From an uncultured virus (IMG/VR IMGVR_UViG_3300033075_000390) (lineage: Duplodnaviria > Heunggongvirae > Uroviricota > Caudoviricetes), in the IMG/VR virus record IMGVR_UViG_3300033075_000390: a stretch of DNA of 64,000 nucleotides, one strand, 5' to 3'. This document shows positions 1 to 9,327 of this stretch, piece after piece (the stretch's first letter is position 1; every line of letters begins with the position of its first letter). Made by a program: the position numbers and the translations under genes. The notes beneath the pieces were generated by a model, which made no database searches, was not told the origin of the DNA, and saw only the letters and a list, made by a program, of their open reading frames with translations.

Positions 1-126
1 AGGTAAGATTGATAATAGAGCTTATTTAACCCTAATTAATTATGAGGTTGATATTGATGATTGAGTTAACTTCACCGAGTTTTCAAGGTTTTAGACATAT
101 TGATGATATAAGTTGAGGAGAGTTAG

Positions 127-570
127 ATGGCAACACAGAAACAATTAGATAAAGTTTATATGCAAAATGCTGTAAACATGTCAACAATATCTCACGCTAT
201 ACGAAAGAAAGTTGGGTGTATATTAGTTACTCCTGAAAACTTACATATTGGAGCTTATAACGGTCAACCTAGTGGTTGGGATAATGTGTGTGAAGATATG
301 CACACAACAGAACCTTTTGAGTACCTTGTAACGAAGAGTACGGTAATTCATGCAGAATTAAACGCTATTTTACACGCAGTTAGACAAGGTGTTAGTGTCA
401 AAGGTTCTACAATCTATATTTCGTTATCTCCGTGTGCGAGTTGTTCAGCTATGATTGCTCAAGCTGGTATCAAGAGGGTCGTATATAAAGAGGAATATCG
501 TGATACATCAGGTATTGATTTACTAAGAAAACACGGTATTTTTGTTGAAAAACTCATTGACAATGGTTAA
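127..570 (+). CDS. dCMP deaminase
   Basis: HAELNAI and SPCASCS zinc-binding motifs plus the GAYNG motif of dCMP deaminases. Confidence 0.92.
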   Translation: MATQKQLDKVYMQNAVNMSTISHAIRKKVGCILVTPENLHIGAYNGQPSGWDNVCEDMHTTEPFEYLVTKSTVIHAELNAILHAVRQGVSVKGSTIYISLSPCASCSAMIAQAGIKRVVYKEEYRDTSGIDLLRKHGIFVEKLIDNG

Positions 571-616
571 TCTGTTATGGTAAGTTTAGAGAACAAATTA
601 ATTAAGGAGATTTACT

Positions 617-988
617 ATGAAACTTAAAAACAAACTACTATCCATAGGTGCAATTCTACTACTCTCTTGTCAATATTCACCTGCACAAGCAAAGGTTGTG
701 GATAATTCATTAAACCCTACAGGTTTAGAATTAACCCTTTGTGAGAGTATTGCTGAGTTTGCAGAAGATGTATCTAACCTACGTCAGAATGGTGCAAAAT
801 ATGCAGATGTTATTGCTGTAGCACCTAAACCTACAACACAAGATGAGAAAGATATTAAACTTATCTTAGATGAAATTACTTATACTGCTTGGCAATTAAA
901 TATTGTAGAGAGTAAATATGGTAAAGCTTATTTGAGTAATGAGTTTGGTAAACAAGCTTACATGATATGTGTAGGAGACTTTAAATAA
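617..988 (+). CDS. hypothetical secreted/periplasmic protein
   Basis: Basic N-terminus, hydrophobic core and AQA cleavage-like motif (signal peptide); AAGGAG RBS. Confidence 0.65.
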   Translation: MKLKNKLLSIGAILLLSCQYSPAQAKVVDNSLNPTGLELTLCESIAEFAEDVSNLRQNGAKYADVIAVAPKPTTQDEKDIKLILDEITYTAWQLNIVESKYGKAYLSNEFGKQAYMICVGDFK

Positions 989-1991
989 TGGATGTATTTG
1001 CGGTATTATTTATTGTATCGTTTTTGGCTTTAGTAATTACTCTTGCTGTTATGTACATTCGTAAATGTATGAATAAGGGTAATGGTAATATTGGACGAAG
1101 AAAGACATACGGCTTTACTAAAGACAAGGCTGTAAGAATTTCTTTAAATACTGAAAGGGCTTATGTCCGATCTTATGACCTTGAATCATCTATGATGAAA
1201 CGAGAAGTAAACGAAACACCAGAGAAGTGGAAAGAAACTGTACCTCATCATAAGACAAGGGTTAAGAACAGAAGCAAAAGACAAAGGAAGAAGTAGATGA
1301 AAGTATATATTCTATACTCCTCTAGGACAGATAGAGACGTGTTTGTTGAAGGTGTGTTCTGTTCACTATCAGCTTTACTGACTTGGTTAGATGTTAAAGT
1401 GTGTAGGGTACATGGGCTAGGGACACACAACCAATTAGAAGATCAAAGTGCTGGATGGTTTGATATACCAAGTAAAGATGGTGTATATTACTCTTATGAA
1501 GCTTTTGATGTAATTGGAGAGCATTCACATAAGACAAACACAATACATTTCAGTTGAATCTAAATTAAGAGCTTTTTAGCTCTTTTTTTATTGCCTTATT
1601 GAAAGTATTGGTGTAATATTGACAATATATATTAGGTTAAAGGGGATGTAGAATGGGTTGGGAATTTCCTAATGATTTTAAGTATGGAATATACTCAGAC
1701 GGCAATTACTTAGGTACGCATAAGTTATTTAAACTAGATGGTGTTTGGTGGGGACTGTTTGAATATTACGGTGAAATAAGGTTGAAAGGTTTTGGTTGTC
1801 GTCCACTAAGAGTTTGTTCAATCCAAGATTTAAACAATTTTAAAAGCTACGTTTTAAATAATAATGGGTATGTCTCTTGGGAAGATTATCAAGATGTACT
1901 TATTTCCTTAAACTCTTTAACAGTGAACTACCCTGTAGCGAGAGGTGTAAGCTACTTAAATACTGTTGAGAAGTTTTTATCTAACAGATAG
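988..1991 (+). CDS. three small hypothetical proteins (988-1296 with N-terminal TM helix, 1297-1557, 1653-1991)
   Basis: Co-directional ORFs, first two abutting; no recognisable domain. Confidence 0.65.
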
Positions 1992-2019
1992 GTTAGTAGA
2001 TTAACCACCCTCTTTTTAT

Positions 2020-2048
2020 TTGACACACATAAATGAAATATGTATAAT
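2020..2048 (+). promoter_or_regulatory. consensus sigma70 promoter
   Basis: TTGACA(2020-2025)-17 nt-TATAAT(2043-2048). Confidence 0.85.
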
Positions 2049-2076
2049 TGATTTAATTAAATAAAGGAGGTATGAA

Positions 2077-2151
2077 ATGCAATTTACACCCACACAAGAG
2101 CAACAAGGTATTATCGAGTGTGAAGCTTTACCATATTGGAATATTAACTAA
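2077..2151 (+). pseudogene. 24-aa ORF, possible remnant of a helicase N-terminus
   Basis: AAGGAGG RBS; MQFTPTQEQQGII resembles the Q-motif start of SF1/SF2 helicases, then stops. Confidence 0.35.
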
Positions 2152-2163
2152 GAGGAGTAACAA

Positions 2164-2583
2164 ATGAATAAACATGACATTAACCAAGAAGTACAACTAC
2201 CATCAGATTACTTGCTTGAGAATCGCAATACACTTGAACGCCTTAATGGCTTTGATGAGATGTGTGAAGAGTTGGATGCACTGCAACATGAAGCTATGCA
2301 ATATGCCTTCCAAGATGGTGTTACTGCTGGAGAGGTGAAGGTACTACGTCAATTTGTAAGTGGTCAATTAGACAAAGAGTTTGTACAAGACTTCTTAGAT
2401 GATTATGACCGAGAAATTGAAGATAACACATTCCGTATTGGAGATAGTGTTTGCACAAAAGAAATGGACGATTGTGGTGTTATTACGGGAGTAAATGGTT
2501 ATAAGTTTATTGTGACTTGGGCTTATGGAAGTGATGCAGAATGTAAGACTGAGTTATGCGCTAGTGATTTGATCAAGTGTTAA
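2164..2583 (+). CDS. hypothetical acidic protein
   Basis: GAGGAG RBS; C-terminal FRIGDSV SH3/KOW-like segment. Confidence 0.7.
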   Translation: MNKHDINQEVQLPSDYLLENRNTLERLNGFDEMCEELDALQHEAMQYAFQDGVTAGEVKVLRQFVSGQLDKEFVQDFLDDYDREIEDNTFRIGDSVCTKEMDDCGVITGVNGYKFIVTWAYGSDAECKTELCASDLIKC

Positions 2584-2595
2584 TGTAATAAAATA

Positions 2596-2624
2596 GGGAG
2601 CAACCTTTCGGTTAGCTCCCTTTT
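2596..2624. terminator. intrinsic terminator between convergent genes
   Basis: GGGAGC-AACC-TTTC-GGTT-A-GCTCCC stem followed by T tract. Confidence 0.75.
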
Positions 2625-2626
2625 AT

Positions 2627-3943
2627 TTACTTAACTAAATCTTCATCAGAAGTTTCTAACCATTTAAAATATAAATCCCTCATCTCCTTACTAGGCATGA
2701 TAAGATACATCTTCTCTTTCTTACGAACACTTCCACGAAATATCCATTGTACCATACTGCCAATAGCAAAGAGTTCTTTATCAATAACAACACCCTTAGA
2801 ATGACAGAGGTTCCATAACACAGTATTAGGGTTCTTACCAATCAAGTAGATTAATACACTTTTGTTTGAATAGTCATTAGTAGCTCTTGCATCTGAGTAT
2901 AACCAATCAGCACGACTAAAACCTTTCCCTTTAATTAAGGGGCGTTTCTTAATCTTACCTTTCTCAGACACGTAATCATCGTATTCATCACTATCAGTTG
3001 TCCAATTAGCTTTAGGGCAAGTAACGAGAATATTCTCTGTCTTTGCTTTGGTGATACGAACACAACTTTCAACCGCTTTTCTGATCTTTTCTACAACACT
3101 TTCAACAGCAGAGTTGCCCCACCAAAATTGAGAGTAAGAGTATTTTTCAATGCTCCTTAAAGAGGGTGTAACTATAACTTCAATACAGTCTTTGATATAA
3201 GATTTAACTTCTTCCGTACTTCGATGTAACTCAGGCTTAACACGAACAACTTCAATGTTATTAATCTTACACCAAGCAGACATAAAACTGCCTTCAAACA
3301 GATATGTCAACACCCATACTTCATTAAAAGAAGATAAGATGGATACAGGATATTCCCACACCAACAACTCACCATTCACAAAGAATATACAACCAGCTTC
3401 ACTTAGTTTAATTAATTCACTAAACTCCCAATTATCATCAGGCAGTAAATCCTTCTCTCTGTGGTACACCAACTTAAGGGACTCGTCATCTACACTAAAG
3501 ATACCCTGTTCGATTAGCAGTGCTAGAGATTTCTTACTAATCCCCTTAAACTGTTTGTAAGCATCTAAGCACTCATCAATAACAAGTATGTTATCATAGT
3601 CTTTAATGATTTCAGAACTAGATGAATCAAGATTTAGGAAAAGGTTGTGTGTTGCTGCAATATTCTTACCTTGATGTAACAACTCTAAAGAATGGTGTTT
3701 CTTACTCCCTTTAAGCGGTATAGGATATTTAAACCTCATCTCAGGAAGTTGTCTCTGTATACGACCATCTAGGTACTTGTTTGTCTGGTTGCACTTAACA
3801 CCACCAACTTCTGTAAGCAAAGGAGATAAGTATACAAACTGTTTAAACTTACCAGAGTCATTCCACTCCTTCATCTTGTTCAACATCCAATGAGATTTAC
3901 CACTTGACATGATCTCATCAACCAAATATATTTTCAATTGCAC
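2627..3943 (-). CDS. SF2 (DEAD/DEAH-like) helicase-fold protein, paralog 1
   Basis: Walker A-like MSSGKS, Walker B ILVIDECLD, LTYLF, RATN and QWIFR motifs shared with 42005-43288; likely TTG start at 3937 after GGAGG. Confidence 0.7.
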   Translation of the reverse strand: MQLKIYLVDEIMSSGKSHWMLNKMKEWNDSGKFKQFVYLSPLLTEVGGVKCNQTNKYLDGRIQRQLPEMRFKYPIPLKGSKKHHSLELLHQGKNIAATHNLFLNLDSSSSEIIKDYDNILVIDECLDAYKQFKGISKKSLALLIEQGIFSVDDESLKLVYHREKDLLPDDNWEFSELIKLSEAGCIFFVNGELLVWEYPVSILSSFNEVWVLTYLFEGSFMSAWCKINNIEVVRVKPELHRSTEEVKSYIKDCIEVIVTPSLRSIEKYSYSQFWWGNSAVESVVEKIRKAVESCVRITKAKTENILVTCPKANWTTDSDEYDDYVSEKGKIKKRPLIKGKGFSRADWLYSDARATNDYSNKSVLIYLIGKNPNTVLWNLCHSKGVVIDKELFAIGSMVQWIFRGSVRKKEKMYLIMPSKEMRDLYFKWLETSDEDLVK

Positions 3944-4092
3944 CTCCTTGAGGTTATAAGTTAAGGTTTAAAACACAGAAATATAGTGCTAAAGACTATC
4001 TTCGCACTTTTTATGTTTTCACTTCGAAAGTGGTCTTGTAAGGTATTGATTATAATAAAGAAAAAGACAAGTTTCTTATAACAACTATCTAA

Positions 4093-4114
4093 ATATATAT
4101 ATATATATATATAT
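4093..4114. repeat. (AT)11 dinucleotide tract
   Basis: Directly visible alternating AT run in an AT-rich non-coding region. Confidence 0.95.
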
Positions 4115-4544
4115 AACTATACACCTAATAGAGAAGTATAACACTAAGAAAAGAATAAAACAAGAGAGATAAGAAAGGAAAACTAATCTTTTAAAGAAAA
4201 ACACCAAAGAATAAAATTAAGATATTGGTGTTTTATGAAAATCTTAACCCATAAAATTTAATAATATAAAAATATCTAAATATAAATAAAACAGATAATA
4301 AAAATATCTGTAGGTATATAATAAAATAAATAATACTAATAATTAGTGTCTTAAAATATCAACATACTAAAATATAATAAACAGAGATAATACACCAGTC
4401 TAAGAACACCTCTAACACTATCACAATTAACAATAAATTTAGTATCAAAATATCTATCATATCTATTGTTCTTTCATTGTTATTTTATTGTTATCTTTCT
4501 ATTGTTAAAGCATTGGTATCACTACATTCCTAGTTAAAAACTGT

Positions 4545-4641
4545 ATTAACAGAAGTGTTGCTATTTTGTTCCAATTTAGTGCATCTAAGAAATATCTGTT
4601 TTAGGTTATCCTCAATTTACTAGATTAACAGAAGTGTTGCT
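4545..4641 (+). repeat. 18-bp direct repeat ATTAACAGAAGTGTTGCT x2
   Basis: Identical copies at 4545-4562 and 4624-4641. Confidence 0.9.
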
Positions 4642-4818
4642 TAACAGCGCCCATACTTCCCCATTCTTGTCAACTAATGATTCTAAAATATCTTATAAGA
4701 TAATACCATAGTTATACTCTATCTTGTTTTGGTGCTATGTCTTGAGCGTTCTTAGTTGTAATAGTTACAGGCAATAAAAAAGCCTACTATGAAGCAGGCT
4801 TTTGTTCTTTATTATGTG

Positions 4819-5028
4819 TTAATCTTTATTTTTATGTCTAGGTAATACAGCCTTATTCATGACTGCACAGTAAGGAATGTACTCGTTTAGTTCGCACTCC
4901 AAGTCGAATAGTGCGTCCCCTAGTATTGAAGTATTTAAAACACCCTCTAGACATATAACGATAGCAGATAATAAGTCAGTATCTAAGTCAGTCATATATT
5001 GATCAGCTAATGTATTCATTGTGTCCAC
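4819..5028 (-). CDS. hypothetical protein
   Basis: ORF between a TTGACA-17-TAATAT promoter (5062-5090, minus) and a terminator (about 4777-4803). Confidence 0.65.
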   Translation of the reverse strand: MDTMNTLADQYMTDLDTDLLSAIVICLEGVLNTSILGDALFDLECELNEYIPYCAVMNKAVLPRHKNKD

Positions 5029-5146
5029 CTTTAAAAATAAAATTTGTTTGGTATGACTGTAATATTAAAGTTAATTGTTTTTATTGTCAATTCTTTTTTC
5101 TTATATGTTACTCATTTATTCATAAGTTTTATTGATAAGTATATCC

Positions 5147-5198
5147 TGTGGATAAACCTGTGGATAACTCTGTGGATAATTTTATAACCTGTGGATAA
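5147..5198 (-). promoter_or_regulatory. array of four perfect DnaA boxes (TTATCCACA)
   Basis: TGTGGATAA on + at 5147-5155, 5159-5167, 5171-5179 and 5190-5198, all same orientation, each preceded by C. Confidence 0.85.
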
Positions 5199-5400
5199 TT
5201 TTTAGTGACATGGGGTATGGTCTGGGGTGTGGGTGTTGTCTAACAAAAGATAACAACACATAATAAAAATAATAATAAAAGATAGGCAAAAATACGACAC
5301 AAAAAGATAGTAAGATAAATAAGTTTATATAGTTTATATAACATTATTATAACGTGTTTTATATAGACAATAAAAAAGAGGCTGTAAAGCCTCTCCTTGT

Positions 5401-5490
5401 TTAATCTTGTTTACTATCATATAACAAGATTAGAAAGATAATAAAGCCGATTGATAACAATAATAAAAACATAATTTGATTAATATCCAT
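5401..5490 (-). CDS. 29-aa single-TM peptide (MDINQIMFLLLLSIGFIIFLILLYDSKQD)
   Basis: Hand-translated ORF directly after 5493-5714 and before a terminator hairpin (about 5372-5395). Confidence 0.5.
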   Translation of the reverse strand: MDINQIMFLLLLSIGFIIFLILLYDSKQD

Positions 5491-5492
5491 AG

Positions 5493-7293
5493 TTAAAATC
5501 CTTCAGTTATTTCAATAACGTTCAATCTTGATCTATGACTTACATGATTGATCATAGCCCGCTTAAAGCGTCCCTTGAATAGCTCTAAATCATCTTCAGA
5601 CATTGGATTATATGACTTGATAAGCTTCTCGTTTTTCATGATGTGACAACATACTGATACTTGCCCTGTTTGCGGGTTAGTATATTTATTTATAATAAGC
5701 ATGTTATAAACCACCTTTTAAATTTACATCATAATAACAGTCATATTGGCTATATGAAAATACGTTATCACATAGCCCATCTATTGATATATCATTTTGC
5801 TCTAATATATATGATGCAAGTTTAGTTGATATTTTTACCCATTTATCACCATCATGTTTTTTAAATGAATAGTAATTTTTTCCATTCAAATTTTTACAAT
5901 GATATATTTTAAAGCTTATGCCAAATCCATCAAAGTAAGCTTGATCATGCTTTAATTCAGTGTAGTTTACTAAGTCAATTAAACAATCCACAGCCGTTGT
6001 AATGTCAAAATCACAAATTGAACATGATGCTATATAGTTGCCACAAAATGACATTTCTAAACTATAACCATAAACTTCATTTTCATAACTATGCACAATA
6101 TTAAAACTAAAGCGCTGATCAGTTAGCTTATGCAATGCACTTAAAAACTGTTTTGTATCTTTTTTAAATAACTTACTCATTTTAATATACCCCTTAAAAA
6201 TACTTATTTAATGTCGTATGGCAGTTTACACGAAATACGTTGTGATAACTTTCAAGCTTTGTCTGCAAGCCTAATGCATCGTAACGATAAACTTTATTAT
6301 TTAAGTTAAATATCCTACGTTTCCCACCTTTATATACTATTTCGATTGCAGTTACGTCACACTTATTTAAATTATTTAATGAATATGCCATATTACATAC
6401 TCCCTTCACTATATAGTACTATTGCTAATTGTTTATATTGTTCAATAGTTGCGTACTTTTCGATATACTCGATTAAATGCCATATTGACAAGTAATTAAT
6501 ATTTCGAATTTTACGCCCATCTATTTCATTAACTTCAACTGCAAAAATGCTTTTGAATACTTCAATAAAACAAATGTTATTTTTTAATGTTAAATTTTCA
6601 GTATTTAAGCAAAGTGATTTTAAAAACATTTTATCCAAATAATTCCATACCGTAGAGTTGACACTATAGCAATTTAAATGCAATTGCTTAGTTTTGAACG
6701 TGTAGCAGTTACCTATATTGATTGTATACATTTTAAATCCTTATTTAAACATTAATCATTTTTGTGTAAAAAACAGGGTGCTTCATATGATCAATTAAAA
6801 CATATTTAGCTGTCGAAATGTTTTTATCATCTTCGTTTTTCCAATCACAAGATAACACTAAGTTATAAAAACATTTCCAAGATTTTATATTGTCATTAAG
6901 ACCATTACATTTTAACCAATCTTTATAATTACCATATGCACGAAATACTAAAATAATTGACTCGATAGAATTGTTCATACATTTAATGTACTTTTCACTG
7001 CCGTCATTTAAAACAATTGTTCCTACATCTTTAAAAGTTGCAAACCTAGCGTTGTATAAATTATCAATATTCATTGTCTTATACCTATATTAAACTAATT
7101 TAATCAATCTTTTATGATTTCCAAAATCACAATATTGATAAGCTAATCCAGCACTAACAAATTCCTTTTCAGTTCCCGTAAAATTGTGTTTTTTACTATA
7201 AAACACTTGTTCGTATGTATAGCTTGCCGTTTGCTTATATCCTTTAGATGTTACATCATCGGGTAATTGAATACCGCCATTTCTAAAACTCAT
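5493..7293 (-). CDS. cluster of six small hypothetical proteins, probable early/host-takeover genes
   Basis: Tightly packed co-directional ORFs 5493-5714, 5704-6180, 6194-6409, 6393-6731, 6745-7074, 7090-7293. Confidence 0.65.
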
Positions 7294-7372
7294 TTCTAAA
7301 TACTCACTTTAAAATAATTTTAAATTGTGTGCATCATATCACTATAATACAATGCACGGTTTACTGTGTTGG

Positions 7373-7909
7373 TTAACATTCAACTTGTTCTAAAATACCG
7401 AACAATATAACGCCTTCAATTGTAATTTGTATCTTTTTGTATTTCACCCAAATAAGCATACTAGAATCTGCTATGTCTGTTTCATAATCATGAGGGATAT
7501 GCCCTAGTCCAGATATGCCGATATACATCTCAGTCAATTCTAGCTCACCAAAGTCATAGTTAAAACATTCATCAATAGCGCTTGCAATGTCCTTTGCTAT
7601 TTCATTAATAGCCTCATTGTATGCGCCATTTAAAATAGCCTGCCCTTCAGCTTCAACGCATTCTAAACTTGACTTACAATAACTAAAATCCGGCATTTCG
7701 TAATCGGTATTACGTGCTAAGTCACCCCAAACAATGTCATAAGCTTCTGCTGTAGTGCCAATCTCCGAAGGCTGACAATACCCATTTGCTTCAATATGTT
7801 CAATTAATACATGTTCGTTATCTTGACTATAATCAAAACTGATTTTTGGCAATTGCATAATTTCGCTTGCCACTGCTGATTTAATAAAATTATATGTATT
7901 CATGTTCAT
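7373..7909 (-). CDS. highly acidic early protein (candidate Ocr-like DNA mimic)
   Basis: About 32 D/E versus about 8 K/R by hand count; position in the early cluster. Confidence 0.4.
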   Translation of the reverse strand: MNMNTYNFIKSAVASEIMQLPKISFDYSQDNEHVLIEHIEANGYCQPSEIGTTAEAYDIVWGDLARNTDYEMPDFSYCKSSLECVEAEGQAILNGAYNEAINEIAKDIASAIDECFNYDFGELELTEMYIGISGLGHIPHDYETDIADSSMLIWVKYKKIQITIEGVILFGILEQVEC

Positions 7910-7930
7910 GTTTCCTTGTTTAAATAGAAT

Positions 7931-8203
7931 TTAGCCGTTTAAGTCTTCAATTTGATAAAAGCCATTTTCAATTTTAGCTTGCAACTGTTTTTTACTTTCG
8001 GTAGTGCCTAAAAATTGTTTCAGGTACTTTGTAGTAGTAGCGGAGTAGTCCAATGCTTTACTATCCAAAACGATTTTACCGTTTCTATTTTGAGCAATCA
8101 CATTATTATATGATTGGAACATTGTAACATTTTCGGGCAATGTTACAATAAACTGATTCGCTATTTTATTGCCATTTTGGCTAGTCATGTTTGATACTTT
8201 CAT
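7931..8203 (-). CDS. hypothetical phage protein (N..ANQF..FQSY..YS.TT.KY type)
   Basis: Clear ORF with RBS; motif pattern familiar from phage early proteins. Confidence 0.7.
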   Translation of the reverse strand: MKVSNMTSQNGNKIANQFIVTLPENVTMFQSYNNVIAQNRNGKIVLDSKALDYSATTTKYLKQFLGTTESKKQLQAKIENGFYQIEDLNG

Positions 8204-8303
8204 AACACTTTACACCTTGTTTAAATAGAATGTGCATTATTGCACGGGATAAAATTTATATATTAATGCAATCTAATATTATAAATTGCATTGTATATAA
8301 ACG

Positions 8304-8462
8304 TTATTTAAAAGCTTGTTTGTTATAAAATTCTCTTGCTCGCTTTTCATCTTGTTTGTAGATGAAATGTCCTTGTAATGTTCTAAACATGTAAGGATTA
8401 GCAAAACCACCCAATTTATAAAACTCATCGCTTGAAATTTTAATATACTGTGAACTATTCAT
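8304..8462 (-). CDS. 52-aa hypothetical protein (MNSSQYIKISSDEFYKLGGFANPYMF...)
   Basis: Hand-translated; AAGGTG RBS upstream. Confidence 0.6.
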   Translation of the reverse strand: MNSSQYIKISSDEFYKLGGFANPYMFRTLQGHFIYKQDEKRAREFYNKQAFK

Positions 8463-8487
8463 TTTATTGCACCTTTTTAAACGTTGG

Positions 8488-8682
8488 TTAATTCTCTAAA
8501 TCATCAAAATCATAGTCAAACATTTTATTTAACGACATTTCATCTTTTAAATATTCAGTTTTAAAAGAGTTATCGACCGTTGTCTGTTGCTCAACTGTAA
8601 ATTCTAATAAATCAGTATCTTGTGACATTAGGCATTTTCCGTTTTTTTCTGAACTTGGAGCGAGTATGAATAATTCACTCAA
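8488..8682 (-). CDS. small acidic hypothetical protein
   Basis: ORF track; first ORF of the early cluster. Confidence 0.5.
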   Translation of the reverse strand: MSELFILAPSSEKNGKCLMSQDTDLLEFTVEQQTTVDNSFKTEYLKDEMSLNKMFDYDFDDLEN

Positions 8683-8824
8683 TTAATGCAAGCTCTTTTT
8701 TAAAATAAATTCAAAATAATTACCTAAAATTCTATAAATACCTGAATTACAACAAAAAACAATTATAAATATTTATACAATTAATTAATAAATAAATGAA
8801 TCTGGTTTTTTTGATCATTCAGCT

Positions 8825-8937
8825 ATGCACGAAATAAACTAAGAACAAGCTTTAAGGGCGTACAAGTGGCATCACCTGGAACTGCTGCAGGTGGCATCCT
8901 TACAAGCCTTTTCAATAGGTATATAAGTAACGTGCAT
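8825..8937 (-). ncRNA. candidate rod-like structured RNA or processing hairpin
   Basis: Nested complementary segments ATGCACG/CGTGCAT, AAGCTTTAAGG/CCTTACAAGCCTT and CACCTG/CAGGTG; GC-rich island downstream of TTGACA (8963-8968, minus). Confidence 0.4.
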
Positions 8938-9327
8938 GCGAATACAGTAAATCAACACAATTTGTCAATTTATTTTTAAATATTTTTGTAATTTTAAAAA
9001 TAAATAAAAATTATATGTAAATCAGTTTTATTTATTTTGATTATATGAATATTTTAAATTTGCTTATTAGGTAAATTGATATACGAATGAAGATACCTGT
9101 AGAAATCCTTAGAGGAACAGGTCCAAAATTAAATACCCCTCTGTGATATTTTCCTGATCTTTGAAAGTCTGGGGTTCGATGGAATTTTACCTTGAAATCC
9201 CATAAACATTGGGTCTGCGACTAAGTGGAATTTCTATATTTATCAAGGACTTATGGTCTGAACCAAAAACGCACCTAAGTATGCAATTTCACTAAACATT
9301 GAACAAATAAAAAGAGAGCCGAAGCTC

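Noticed and set aside
698..706. Single DnaA-box matches (TGTGGATAA here; TTATCCACA at about 14972)
   Set aside because: Isolated, inside coding sequence, expected by chance in AT-rich DNA
5147..5198. Short repeats as a mini CRISPR array
   Set aside because: Unit is 9-10 bp with 3-10 bp gaps; no spacer-sized unique sequences and no cas genes
6994..7013. TTCACTGCCGTCATTTAAAA resembling the start of a type I-F CRISPR repeat (RNA anti-CRISPR idea)
   Set aside because: Lies within a CDS and lacks the repeat's hairpin; likely coincidence
9171..9185. GGGGTTCGAT resembling a tRNA T-loop
   Set aside because: No T-stem complement or cloverleaf; I found no tRNA gene in the window
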